Shown here piece after piece: positions 12,802 through 24,052 of a DNA stretch of 64,000 nucleotides. The stretch lies in the NCBI GenBank assembly GCA_038087875.1, contig CM075994.1, positions 372,001 through 436,000 of the forward strand. The letters are read 5' to 3'. Under the pieces are notes generated by a model. It worked only from the letters and a program-made list of their open reading frames with translations. It did no database searches and had not been told where the DNA came from. The position numbers and the translations under genes are program-made. Each line of letters begins with the position of its first letter. Positions within the stretch are counted from its first letter, which is position 1. Source of the stretch: Malacoraja senta (lineage: Eukaryota).

Positions 12802-14270
12802 TGTACATTCCAAAAGTGAGGAGAAATGACGGTAGATAGAAGCGGGAGCTGAAGGGACAACAACAGCCAAAGTGCTTGGCGAACATTGGCCGTTTGCTCA
12901 CTGCATTTCATCAACAGTAAGGCATTATTTGTGTTTTTTTTTAATTCCTTTGGCATCTAGAAAGTTTCAGAAGTGATAAATCTGGTTGTCAAATTTTAAA
13001 ATCGCCCATTGTTCTCAAGTGGGTTTTTACTTACAAAAAGAAAACGCATCTGAAGCAAAATTTACAGCCAGATTTATCACTTCTGAGACTTTTAGATACC
13101 AAAGGAATCAAGAAAAAACACAAATAATGTCTTACTGCTGATGAAATGCAGTGAGCAAACGCGATAATTCCCAATATTTTCAATTCCGATATCTGCACGG
13201 CCAATGTTCGCCAAGCACTTTAGCCGTTGTTGTCCCTTCAGCTCTCGCTTCTCTTTACCTTCATTTCGCTTCACTTTTGGAATTCTGAAGTTGGGTACAT
13301 GTCTCTCACGCTTACCCTGGCTTCCACATTTTTACAGCGCAAAAATTCAACATTTTGGCGGTTTTTAACAGGTAGGAAAGTACGCGTTTCGTGTATTAAC
13401 AACATATAGGGAGGTTTCACGGCAGTCGGGTCACGAACCATGACCCGTACTGTTGCTACGCTACGCCAAGTGGATTACACGCGATGAACTGCAGGTAAGT
13501 ACTTAGCGTTGTTTCCAGCGTAGCGGGCCCGTTAAAACCCGCCGAAATTGTCACATTTTTGCGCTGTAAATAATTATGGAAATCGGGATAAGCGTGGGAG
13601 ACATTTAGCCTACTTCAGAATTCAAAAAGTGAGGAGAAATGACGGTAGATGGAAGCGAGAGCTGAAGGGACAACAACAGCCAAAGTGCTTGGCGAACATT
13701 TATTTGCCTTGCTCACTGCATTTCATCAACTAAGGTATTATTTGGTTTTTTCTTTATTCCTTTGGCATCTAAAAAGTTTCAGAAGGGATAAATCTGGCTG
13801 TAACATTTTAAAATCGCCCCTGGTTCTCAAGTGGGTTTTTACATACAAAAAGAAAACGCCTCTGAAGCAAAATTTACAACCAGATTTATCACTTCTGAGA
13901 CTTTTTAGATACCAAAGGAATCAAGAAAAACCACAAATAATGCCTTACCGTTAATGAAATGCAGTGAGCAAACGCGATAAATCCCAATATTTTCAATTCC
14001 GCTTCTCTTTACCTTCATTTCGCTTCACTTTTGGAATTCTGAAGTTGGGTACATGTCTCTCACACTTACGACGACTTCCACAATTTTTTACAGCGCACAA
14101 ATTCAACATTTTGGCGGTTTTTAACAGGTAGGAAAGTACGTGTTTCTTGCATTAATAACATATACCGGAAGTTACGGATGTCCTCCAGATGGATTGAGCA
14201 GCTCCGTGCGTCAAGCCCTATGACCCGGTGACCTTACGTGCAACCCCCCTATACCGGAAGCTGCGATGTC
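12802..14270. mobile_element. Palindromic non-autonomous DNA transposon; a complete copy (13409-14249) nested in another copy
   Basis: Termini GGGAGGTTTCACG...CGTGCAACCCCCC flanked by TATA (13405-13408, 14250-14253); flanks are the same family. Confidence 0.8.
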
Positions 14271-14274
14271 CATC

Positions 14275-15960
14275 GGTTTTAAATTTGTGTGAAAGGAGAC
14301 CATGTTTTGGAGAATTGGTCTGATTTATCAGCCAAAACAAGCCTTATTTTTTTCTAAATGTAGTGTCTCGGTCATTTCTGTGATCCACATCTTCACTGAG
14401 GGAGCTGTTATCTTTTTCCAGAATTTGAGTATATGTTTTTTCGCGGTTATTAAGCCGTAGTCAAGGAAACGTCTATGGAATGTCGTTAACTTAGAGCAGC
14501 CCTCTGACATTCCTAAAGTTATTAGTTCTGCATCTGACTCCAATTGAATTTTTAGTGTTTTAGAGATGATATCGAATATTCCCATCCAGAAATGTTGTAT
14601 TTTTATACAGGATGCAAAGGAATGGGTTAAGGTTGCTTCTTGGAGGTGACATTTATCACAGATAGGGGAGACAGTTGGAAAAATCTTATTCAATTTGGTC
14701 TTTGAATAGTATAACCTATGCAATATTTTGAATTGTATCAGGCAATGCCTGACATTTAAAGAACAGTAATGTATGTGTAGTAGGCTTTCCTCCCATATAT
14801 CTTTTGAAATAGGTAAACCCAACTCGTCTTCCCATGTCGCCTATACATCTCAGAAGGTGGGGTATCAATATTTAAGAGAGTGTTACAAATGTAGGATATC
14901 AACTTACTTGTATCGGCATGTCTATTCAAACAATTGTCTAATATATCTGGACCCATAAAAGGGCAATCTTGTGTGTATGTTTTCACATAATCTTGGTTTT
15001 AAAGGTATCTAAAAAGATTGTTTTCGTTCAAGTGGTATTTCTCCTGAAAAGAAAAGAGAGTCCCTTTCTTATAGAGGTCTCCCACAGTATTAATTCCCAG
15101 GTTTTTCCATTGAACAAACACCCTATCTAAAGTAGATGATTTAAATGAGGGATTGTTTGCAATAGGCAGAAGGAGAGACAAGTTTCTCAGTTTAAGACTT
15201 AATTTCAACTGTTTCCAGATACATAGATTACTGTATATTATCAGATTTTGTTAATTCATTGACTTATTCAAATGTATTGGTGAAAGGAGAATCAAGCCTA
15301 TATTATAAAGGCAATCTTCCCTCTCCATTTTTAACCAATTTACCTGTTGACATGTATCGTCCAACCAGAAGATTATGTTTTTAATGTTAGTTGCCCAGTA
15401 GTAAAAAAGAAAGTGAGGAAGAGCTAATCCTCCATTTTCTTTGGATTTACACAAGTGTCTTTTGTGTACTCTATGGGTTTTGTAGTCCCAAATAAAATTA
15501 GTGATAGTAGAATCAATTTTTTTTTTTTACTTTTAGGGAGATATATCGGTATTGATTGAAATAAGTAAAGGAAGATCATCTTTATGGCATTTACTCTACC
15601 TATAAGGGAGATAGGAAGTGTTTTCTAAAATTGAATGTAGTCATACAATTTAGTAATTAATGGTGGAAAATTTGTTTTAAATAGAGAGGAGTGTTTTCTA
15701 GTCACGTAAATTCTGAGATATCTAATCTATTCGGTAACAATTCTGAAAGGACATTTTTGGAGTTGAGAAGGGTCTTGAGCTTTTATTGGCATAATTTCAC
15801 TTTTATTCCAATTTATTCTATAACCTGAAAAAGCACCAAATTGTTCTATAATGTTTAGTACATTTATGATACTAACTTGGAAATTAGTGATGTATAAAAG
15901 TACATCATCTGCATATAACGAAATCTTATTGGTGGTATATTTAGTATTATATCCGTGACT
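14275..15960 (-). mobile_element. Degenerate fish-type LINE-1 ORF2 fragment
   Basis: KISLYADDVLLY, GYRINWNKSE, LIQFKILHRLYYSK...ICDKC; many stops and frameshifts. Confidence 0.9.
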
Positions 15961-16249
15961 ATCGGACTTTATCTTGCACTGAATACCTTTTATTCTGTAT
16001 CTGTACACTGTGGACGGCTTGATTGTAATCATTTATAGTCTTCTTATTGATAATAGCATGCAACAAAAAAGCTTTACACTGTACCTCGGTTTTTTTTGGA
16101 TGGCGATAGCCAGGGCTGGATTTATGTATAAGCTTGACAAGCTTAAGCTTAGGGCCTCGAGATCAAGGGGGGCATCGCAGAGCCAGATTTACCACTAGGC
16201 TTCATAGGCTGAAGCCTAGGGCCGCGAAATCTAGGTGGCCTCCGGCCAA

Positions 16250-17365
16250 GGCAGGACTCCTGCCTTTCAACTCTGGGCGGGTCCCCTCTCTATCTCTCTC
16301 TCTCTCTCTCTCTGTCAATCTCCGTCTCCGTCCGCCATCCGTATCTGTGTCCGGGATGCCGGTCTCCGCTCTCCACTCGCTCCTCATCCGCCGGCACAGC
16401 AGGACGCCTTGCACATGCGCACTGCTACGGCCAGCACATCCCCCCTGCACATGCGCACAACCACGGCCAGCACATCATTGGCTGCACTGCGCATGCGCAC
16501 AACCACGGCAACTGGTCGGCGCTGGGCACTTTCTCCCTTGCTTTGAATTGTGGGAGATCTGGCCGTCATTGCTGTCTGGTCGCCGCCTCGCCACGGCCGC
16601 TGAAAACCAAAGCAGAATCACTCCCTGACCCTGGATCTGGAGTAACTCCCTGGAGTAACTCTTGCTTCTGGTTTCCTGGTCCTCCATTAATATTCTAAAT
16701 GGAATTTAAACTGGAGGTGGTGGAGGGCTGAACAATAACAGCCTATTGCATTGTATCTGTTTATTTATTGTGTATATATATGGTCTATGGTATATAAACA
16801 CACTGAACTTTTATCTCCTGTTCTGTATTATGTTTACATATTCTGTTGTGCAGCAGCATGCAAGAATTTCATTGTCCTATCTGGGATACATGACAATAAA
16901 ACTCTCTTGACTCTCGACTTGGACTTAAGCAAAAAAGGGTTCTTGGGGAAAAAAGAGGTACCTTAAATTTAGTTGCGTCTGGTTGGGTAACTATGGTAGG
17001 GTGAAGACTATTCCATGCTTTAATTGTGCGTGGGAACTCCATGGAGCAGCCAGCAACTCTGGATAGAAGAAATTGGGTGATGTTTCGGGTAGAGATCCTT
17101 CTTTAGACTCCCTCTGGGTTTAGTGTTTTTAGTTTAATTTAAAGATATAGCGTGGAAACAGCCCACCGAGTCCACACCGACCACCGATCACCCATACACT
17201 AGTTCTATCCCACACATTAGCGGAGTAAGTCAAGAGTCAATAGTGTTTTATTCTCTGACGTCCCAGTTAGAACAATGAAATCCTTACTTGCAACAGCACA
17301 ACTGAATATATAAACATAGTACTCTGTAAACGATGTTATAAACGAGAAAACAAAATGGTGTATAT
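16250..17365 (+). mobile_element. Left part of composite hAT (copy B)
   Basis: Aligns with 36530-36546 joined to 38672-39720; preceded by a different CAGGGCTGGATTT hAT-like end at 16111. Confidence 0.75.
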
Positions 17366-18359
17366 TTATACATGTCATGCGTGGTTTGAAGAGCAAAAAC
17401 TTGTAGTTTACAATGACAAAATTGAAAAGTTGAGGAAAAACAAGGTGTACAGACTTGCTTATTGGTTACAATCTGAGGAGTATGATGCTATTGATTATGA
17501 TATGCCAATGTACCAGGTAGCAACTGATCTTCTCCATAAAGGCTTGGTCTATTGCTAGAAATTGTAATGTATTTACCTATCTGTTATGGACTTACAGCAC
17601 ATAATACAATAATATTAAAGTTCTGATCTTGAGAATATCACATTTTTGAATTTTCAAGGCAGTCTGGGTGTTTATTACTATTTCAATTTTGTAATTAGCT
17701 ATAATTAGGTAACTAACTAATTATAGGCTTTAATTTCAGGTCATCCAAATAAGATGTTTTATATTTGCTTCAGAATGCATCAATCTATAATAACTGAAAA
17801 TTTCATTCAGTTGTCTTAATTTTTAAGAAAGTTATGGGCTTTTGATTTTCCTCGGTCACAGCTTTTGTGTAAAGTCAATGGAAAAGCAATAGGGAACAAG
17901 ATGCTAATTTCCGAGTATGAAAATGGCCATAACTCTTTTAATAGTGAAGATATGAAAAGTAAATTAGGTGTCAAATTAAACTTCTTTTTATGCTTTATCT
18001 GATGGGATAAATTGCAGACTTGATTTTTTAAATCTCAAAATTTTGTAACATTGCTAGAATATGGGGCTTGCGGACTGCCTATCAGGAGGTGAAGTCCTGG
18101 GTGGAACGTTCGTGTCTCCGTGGGTTTTGTTCCCCAGGTGTTTACCTTCTTTGCCTCCTTGCTCCCCTTCATTTGACCCTCCCTACCCCCACCTGCGTTC
18201 TGCGCAACCCCAGGGTCCCCTGACTCAACTACAGGGGTAGTGGAAGTGGGGGGAGCGTGGGTTGGGGGCTTAGCGGCACCGGAGGCAGAGGCCTCCGTCC
18301 AGGATTTGGGGCAATTCCTCTGAATATGCCCCACTTCCTTACAGGCATGGCACCTTGTA

Positions 18360-19976
18360 CAGTGGCTTGCAAAAGTATTCATACCCCTTGAACTTTTCCA
18401 CATTTTGTCACGTTACAACCACAAACGTAAATGTATTTTATTGGGATTTTATGTGATAGACCAACACAAAGTGGCGCATAATTGTGAAGTGGAAGGAAAA
18501 TGATACATGGTTTTCAAATTTTTTTACAAATAAAGAACTGAAAAGTGTCACGTGCAAAAGTATTCAGCCCCCTTTACTCTGATACCCCTAAATAAAATCC
18601 AATGCAACCAATTGCCTTCAGAAGTCACCTAATTAGTAAATAGAGTCCACTTGTGTGTAATCTAATCTCAGTATAAATACAGCTGTTCTGTGAAGGCCTC
18701 AGAGGTTTGTTAGAGAACATTAGTGAACAAACAGCATCACGAAGCCCAAGGAACACACCAGACAGGTCAGGGATAAAGTTTTGGAGAAGTTTAAAGCAGG
18801 GTTAGGTTATAACAAATATCCCAAGCTTTGAACATCTCACGGAGCACTGTTCAATCCATCATCCGAAAATGGAAAGAGTATGGCACAACTGCAAACCTAC
18901 CAAGACATGGCCGTCCACCTAAACTGACAGGCCGGGCAAGGAGAGCATTGATCAGAGAAGCAGCCAAGAGGCCCATGGTAACTCTGGAGGAGCTGCAGAG
19001 ATCCACAGCTCAGGTGGGAGAATCTGTCCACAGGACAACTATTAGTCGTACACTCCACAAATCGGGCCTTTATGGAAGAGTGGCAAGAAGAAAGCCATTG
19101 TTGAAAAAAAGCCATAAGAAGTCCCGTTTGCAGTTTGCCACAAGCCATGTGGGGGACACAGCAAACATGTGGAGGAAGGTGCTCTGGTCAGATGAGACCA
19201 AAATTGAAGTTTTGGGCCTAAATGCAAAACGCTATGTGTGGCGGAAACCTAACGCTGCACATCACCCTGAACACACCATCCCCACTGTGAAACATGGTGG
19301 TGGCAGCATCATGCTGTGGGGATGCTTTTCTTCAGCAGGGACAGGGAAGCTGGTCAGAGTTGATGGGAAGATGGATGGAGCCAAATACAGGGCAATCTTG
19401 GAAGAAAACCTGTTAGAGTCTGCAAAAGACTTGAGACTGGGGCAGAGGTTCACCTTCCAGCAGGACAACAACCCTAAACGTACAGCCAGAGCTACAATGG
19501 AATCGTTTAGATCAATGCATATTCATGTGTTAGAATGGCCCAGTCAAAGTCCAGACCTAAATCCAATTGAGAATCTCTGGCAATACTTGAAAATTGCTGT
19601 TCACAGACGCTCTCCATCCAATCTGACTGAGCTTGAGCTATTTTGCAAAGAAGAATGGGCAAAAATTTCAGTCTCTAGATGTGCAAAGCTGGTACAGACA
19701 TACCCCCAAAAGATTTGCAGCTGTAATTGCAGCGAAAGGTGCTTCTACAAAGTATTGACTCAGGGGGGCTGAATACTTTTGCACGCGACACTTTTCAGTT
19801 TTTTATTTGTAAAAAAATTTGAAAACCATGTATCATTTTCCTTCCACTTCACAATTATGTACCACTTTGTGTTGGTCTATCACATAAAATCCCAATAAAA
19901 TACATTTATGTTTGTGGTTGTAATGTGACAAAATGTGGAAAAGTTCAAGGGGTATGAAAACTTTTGCAAGCCACTG
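18360..19976 (+). mobile_element. Full-length Tc1 DNA transposon (1617 bp, IR/DR-type TIRs)
   Basis: TIRs of about 210 bp starting CAGTGGCTTGCAAAAG with an inner direct repeat; TA duplication at 18358-18359 and 19977-19978. Confidence 0.97.
18739..19758 (+). pseudogene. Tc1 DDE transposase, lightly disabled
   Basis: GRPPK, WSDET, FQQDN and SPDLNPIE motifs; ACG in place of the start at 18739; apparent frameshifts near 18815 and 19705. Confidence 0.92.
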
Positions 19977-20759
19977 TAGCTGGTGAAATCTCGCCCAACT
20001 TGATGGACACAGGAGCACCCGTCAACTTCCTCCTCCTGGTCTAGCAGCATCGTCAGCTGGCACCGGGGGGGAAGAATGTGCCGCAGCTCCTTCTTGTGGA
20101 ACTACTGGGATATCGGGGTGATGTCCGTGAGGACCTTTCCCAGTGTGTGAAGGTGGGGAAGAAGGGCCTCATTTGTGATGCAGGGCAGGATGTTGGACAG
20201 GACCACCCGCTGCGCGGTGGACTCCAAGGGCTCAACCTGCAAAAAATATTCCCCCACTGTGACCCCTTTACTCACGGCCGCGTTCACCCCCTCAACGGAC
20301 TCGAGGAAGAACACGGCCTTCCCGAACATCTTCCCCACGTACAGGACGCCTGCGGGCTAGGTTGCCGCCACAACAGCCATGGCAGCCGTGCAGTCCTCCA
20401 GGGTCATCTGGAGAGGGAAGTAGCACCTTATCCCATGCTCAAAAGGCACGTTCTTCATGGGGAACTGGGCCCCAAGGAGCAGCCGAAGCAGCTGAAGCAG
20501 CCGCCTTTGCATAGCTCCTGGGAGGCCCCGATCCCCCAGAACACTGACCCTGCATGACATCAGGCACTACAATTAAACAAAACAATTAAATAAAATACCA
20601 CACAGACATAGACAGTCCAAATGGCACGGGGCCAAGTCCACACACAAAAACAAATATGGAACCGTTCGAGGGAGGCGAGTGATGTTGCCTCGAACGATGA
20701 TAATGGCAGCTCCCAAAAACTGCTGTGTCACCACCTCTGTTATATTGAATACTGAATAT

Positions 20760-21655
20760 TGACCTCTAACTTTGTAACCCTTGCTTTCCCTCTCTCTCCA
20801 CCCCTCTCCCTTCCTAGTTCTCTGACCAGTCTGACAGTCCCCTGATTAAATTTTATCTCTGTATGCTTTGTTGTCGTGTTCTCCTCGGTAACAATGATCT
20901 ATTCTAAATATTGTGTAGGAAGGACCTGCAGATGCTGGTTTAAACCTTTTCTTCCTTTCAGGTTAGGCAGAGGTTCACTTATACCTCATCCAATCTTATC
21001 TACTGTGTCCATTGTTCAAGATAAGGACTCTTGTACATCGGCTAAACAAAACGTAGACTGGGCGATCGTTTCACTCAACACCTTTGCTCAGTCAGCCTGG
21101 ACCTACCTGATCTCCCGGTTGCTAAACACTTTAATTCTCCTTCCCATTCCCACACTGACCTTTCCGTCCTTGGTCTCCTCCATTGTTAGAGCAATGCTAA
21201 ACGCTAATTGGAGGAACAGCACCTCATATTTGTATCATTGCTTTCACTTACTGTGGCTGTACGGTAACTCAAATTTCACTGTACCTTAGTTGGTTAAGTG
21301 AGAATGAACGCAAACTTGAACTAGAACTTGATATTACGCTTGGGCGGCTTTCAGCCGAATTGTTGATTTCTCTAACTTCAAGTAACCCCAGCATTCCCTT
21401 TCTCTCCAACCCTCCCGCACCCAAGTCGCACTAGCTTCTCGTTTTCACCTAACCAACAGCTAACAATGGCCTGTTCCCCTTTATGATCATTACTTTTTTG
21501 CATATCTTTCATTCATTGTTCTCTATCACTCAACATCCTCATTTATACTTCTCATTTCCATTTTCGCTAACTGGTTTGAAGAAGGGTCTAGACCCGAAAC
21601 GTCACCCATTCTTTCTCTCCAGAGATGCTGTCTGAGTTACTCCAGCATTTTGTGT
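20760..21655 (+). mobile_element. Degenerate Penelope-like 3' fragments
   Basis: Same family as 7238-8278 in the opposite orientation; degenerate hammerhead motif near 21575-21605. Confidence 0.7.
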
Positions 21656-21799
21656 CCGATTTCTTATGCTTTTTTCTATCATCTTCAAGGTAATCTTCAA
21701 ACCATTACATATGAGGTCAGTGCCCAAGTAAGTCCACAATGTACATTAATTGTATATTACCCCAGACCTGTGTACCACTCCTGCTCTGCCTTAGAGTAG

Positions 21800-22746
21800 T
21801 TGCAGCATGGACTATCCCAACGTTTAAGATAGAGTTGGACAGGTACATGGATAGGATGTGCCGTTTGAGAGGAAAAAAATTACGGGACTGCTTTCCATTT
21901 CTGGACATAGAAACATAGAAAATAGGTGCAGGAATAACTTCCATCCAGCACCGCCATTCAATATGATCATGGCTGATCATCCAGTCTTAGTAACCCGTTC
22001 CTGCTTTCTCCCCATATCCCTTGATTCTGTTAGCCCCAAGAGCTAACTCTCTCTCTTGAATACATCCAACTCTCTCTTGAATACATCCGTTGAATTGGCC
22101 TCCACTGCCTTCTGTGGCCTAGAATTCCAAAGATATGGCAACCGTAGTTATTCCACTCCTGCTCCCATATTTCCTCGTGATTGTTGTTCCCACGAGTAAA
22201 TGAACATTCTTCTCCTCTCTTTGTCACAGAGTCGTTGAGTGATACAGCATGGAAACAGTCCCTTCAGACCAACTTAATTACAGGCCAATATGCCCAGCAA
22301 CACTAGTCCCATCTGCTTGTGTTTGGTCCATATTCCTGCAAACCTGTCCTATCCATGTACCTGTCCAACTGTATCTTATACGTTGGGATAGTCCCTGCTG
22401 CAACTACCTCCTCTGGCAGCTTGTTCTATCCACCAACCACATTTTGTGTGAAAAAGTGACCCCTCAGATTACTATTAAATCTTTCCCCCTTAACCTTAAA
22501 CCTATATGCTCTGGTCTTCGAGTCATCTACTCTGGGCAAGAGACTCTATTCCTCTCATGATTTTATACTCCTCTATAAGATCACCCCTCATCCTCCTGCG
22601 CTCCAAGGATATAGTCCCAGCCTACTCAACCTATATCTCAGACCCTCTAGTCCTGGCAACATCGCAATAAATGTTCTCTGTACCCTTTCCAGCTTGACAA
22701 CATTATTCCTGTAACTTGGTGCCCAGAACTGAACACAATACTCTAA
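21800..22746 (-). mobile_element. Cluster of CR1 3'-end fragments; the last resumes at 24028-24052 and 25768-25797
   Basis: CR1 3' motifs; AACACAATACTCTAA continues as ATGCAGCCTCACCAACGTCTTATA after the insertion. Confidence 0.75.
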
Positions 22747-22876
22747 AGGGCCTGTCCCACTTTGCGATTTTTGCGGCGACTGCGAGCGTCAGTGACTGAC
22801 GCACGTAGTCACCCTAAAAACTGTCAAGTTGTACTACATACACGCTGACGTATGCTGTCCTGCGGGTGACGCCCGG

Positions 22877-22906
22877 TTAGGGTTAGGGTCAGGGCTAGGG
22901 TTAGGG
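22877..22906 (+). repeat. Telomere-type (TTAGGG)n, five units with variants
   Basis: ttaggg ttaggg tcaggg ctaggg ttaggg. Confidence 0.9.
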
Positions 22907-23099
22907 GCCGCAGATGGGCTGTAACATATTCTTCCTTCAATGCATGGATTTTAAACATTAATATATTAAAATTAATACAATAAAATCAATTGTGCAAATG
23001 AAAAGATGTCTGAGTAGTTCAGTTTTATTACAGATGCACTGGTCCGCTTCCAGATCCAATCACTGTCTCTAACTTTTCACAGGGATGGATTCAGCAACC

Positions 23100-23335
23100 T
23101 CTCCCCTCCACCCCCCTCCCGCCCCCATCCCTCCTTCTCCACTCCCCCCTACCCTTCTCCCCTCCCCTCTCCCCCCTTCCCCCCTCTTCCTCCCTGCTCC
23201 CTGCTCCACTCTTCTCCCCCTTCTCCACACCTCCTCTCTGCTCACATCCCCTTCTCCCCCTCTCCATCCCTTCTCCCATTCTCCAACCTCCCCCCCCCCT
23301 TCCCCCGCCGCCCCCTTGCCTTGCTTCAAAATGGG
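23100..23335. repeat. Polypyrimidine (C/T) low-complexity tract
   Basis: Seen directly. Confidence 0.9.
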
Positions 23336-23707
23336 TGATGGGTATTTAGAGGCCGGAGCAGGTGGGTGGCACTGGTACATTGACAACATTGCCTGTACCC
23401 AGTTGAAAAGCCCGCTGTCTCTGGGGGTTTGGAGAGACCATTGGAAGAGAGATCTGCCTCTGGGACAACTCGTGGCCAACAGTTTAGTTCCCATGAGGAG
23501 CAGGCAGAACATTAGGGGTTTGATTCCAATGCCTGGGGCCCCTGTGTCACATTTAGTTCAGAGACACAGTGCCCTTTGGCCCACCGAGTCCACACCGACC
23601 AGCGATCCCCGCACACTAACATTATCCCACACAGCTAGGGACAATATATACTTATACCAAGCCTATCAACCTACAAACTTGTGCACCTTTGGAGTGCAGG
23701 AGGAAAA

Positions 23708-23802
23708 CCTAACCCTAACCCTAACCCTAGCCCCTAGACCCTAGCACCTAGCATTAACCCTAACCCTAACCCTAGCCCCTAGCCCCTAGCCCTAACCCTA
23801 AC
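23708..23802 (-). repeat. Telomere-type (CCCTAA)n with CCCTAG variants
   Basis: Seen directly. Confidence 0.9.
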
Positions 23803-24052
23803 CGGGCGTCACCCGCAGGACAGCATACGTCAGCGTGTGACAAGGCGCACGACATGATGAGACACCCATATGTCGCCTGAAGATTTTGAACTTTCTAAAA
23901 TCCAGGGGTGGCAGGGAGACACTGCGCGTCACTACAAGCTTCACTTCGCGTCACGCCACGACCACGCTGCGACAATCTCTTTTCAGGCTGTCGCCGAAAA
24001 TGTGGCCCAAGTGGGACAAGCCCTTAAAATGCAGCCTCACCAACGTCTTATA

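Larger units (their letters stand above)
18060..20700 (-). mobile_element. Tx1-like LINE ORF1 (gag-like) remnant split by Tc1
   Basis: HGIRC..., GKMFGKAVFFL...LQVEPLESTAQRVVLSNILPCITNEALL on one side of the Tc1 and the CCHC knuckle CHACKEVGHIQRNC on the other. Confidence 0.8.
22747..24024. mobile_element. PIF/Harbinger-type non-autonomous element with internal telomeric repeats
   Basis: TIRs AGGGCCTGTCCCACTT / AAGTGGGACAAGCCCT; TAA at 22744-22746 and 24025-24027; interrupts a CR1. Confidence 0.85.

Noticed and set aside
23085..23744. 219-aa proline-rich ORF
   Set aside because: Translation of a C/T tract, SINE and telomeric repeats.
22877..23802. Chromosome end-to-end fusion site
   Set aside because: Tracts are short and lie inside a TIR element with a target duplication.
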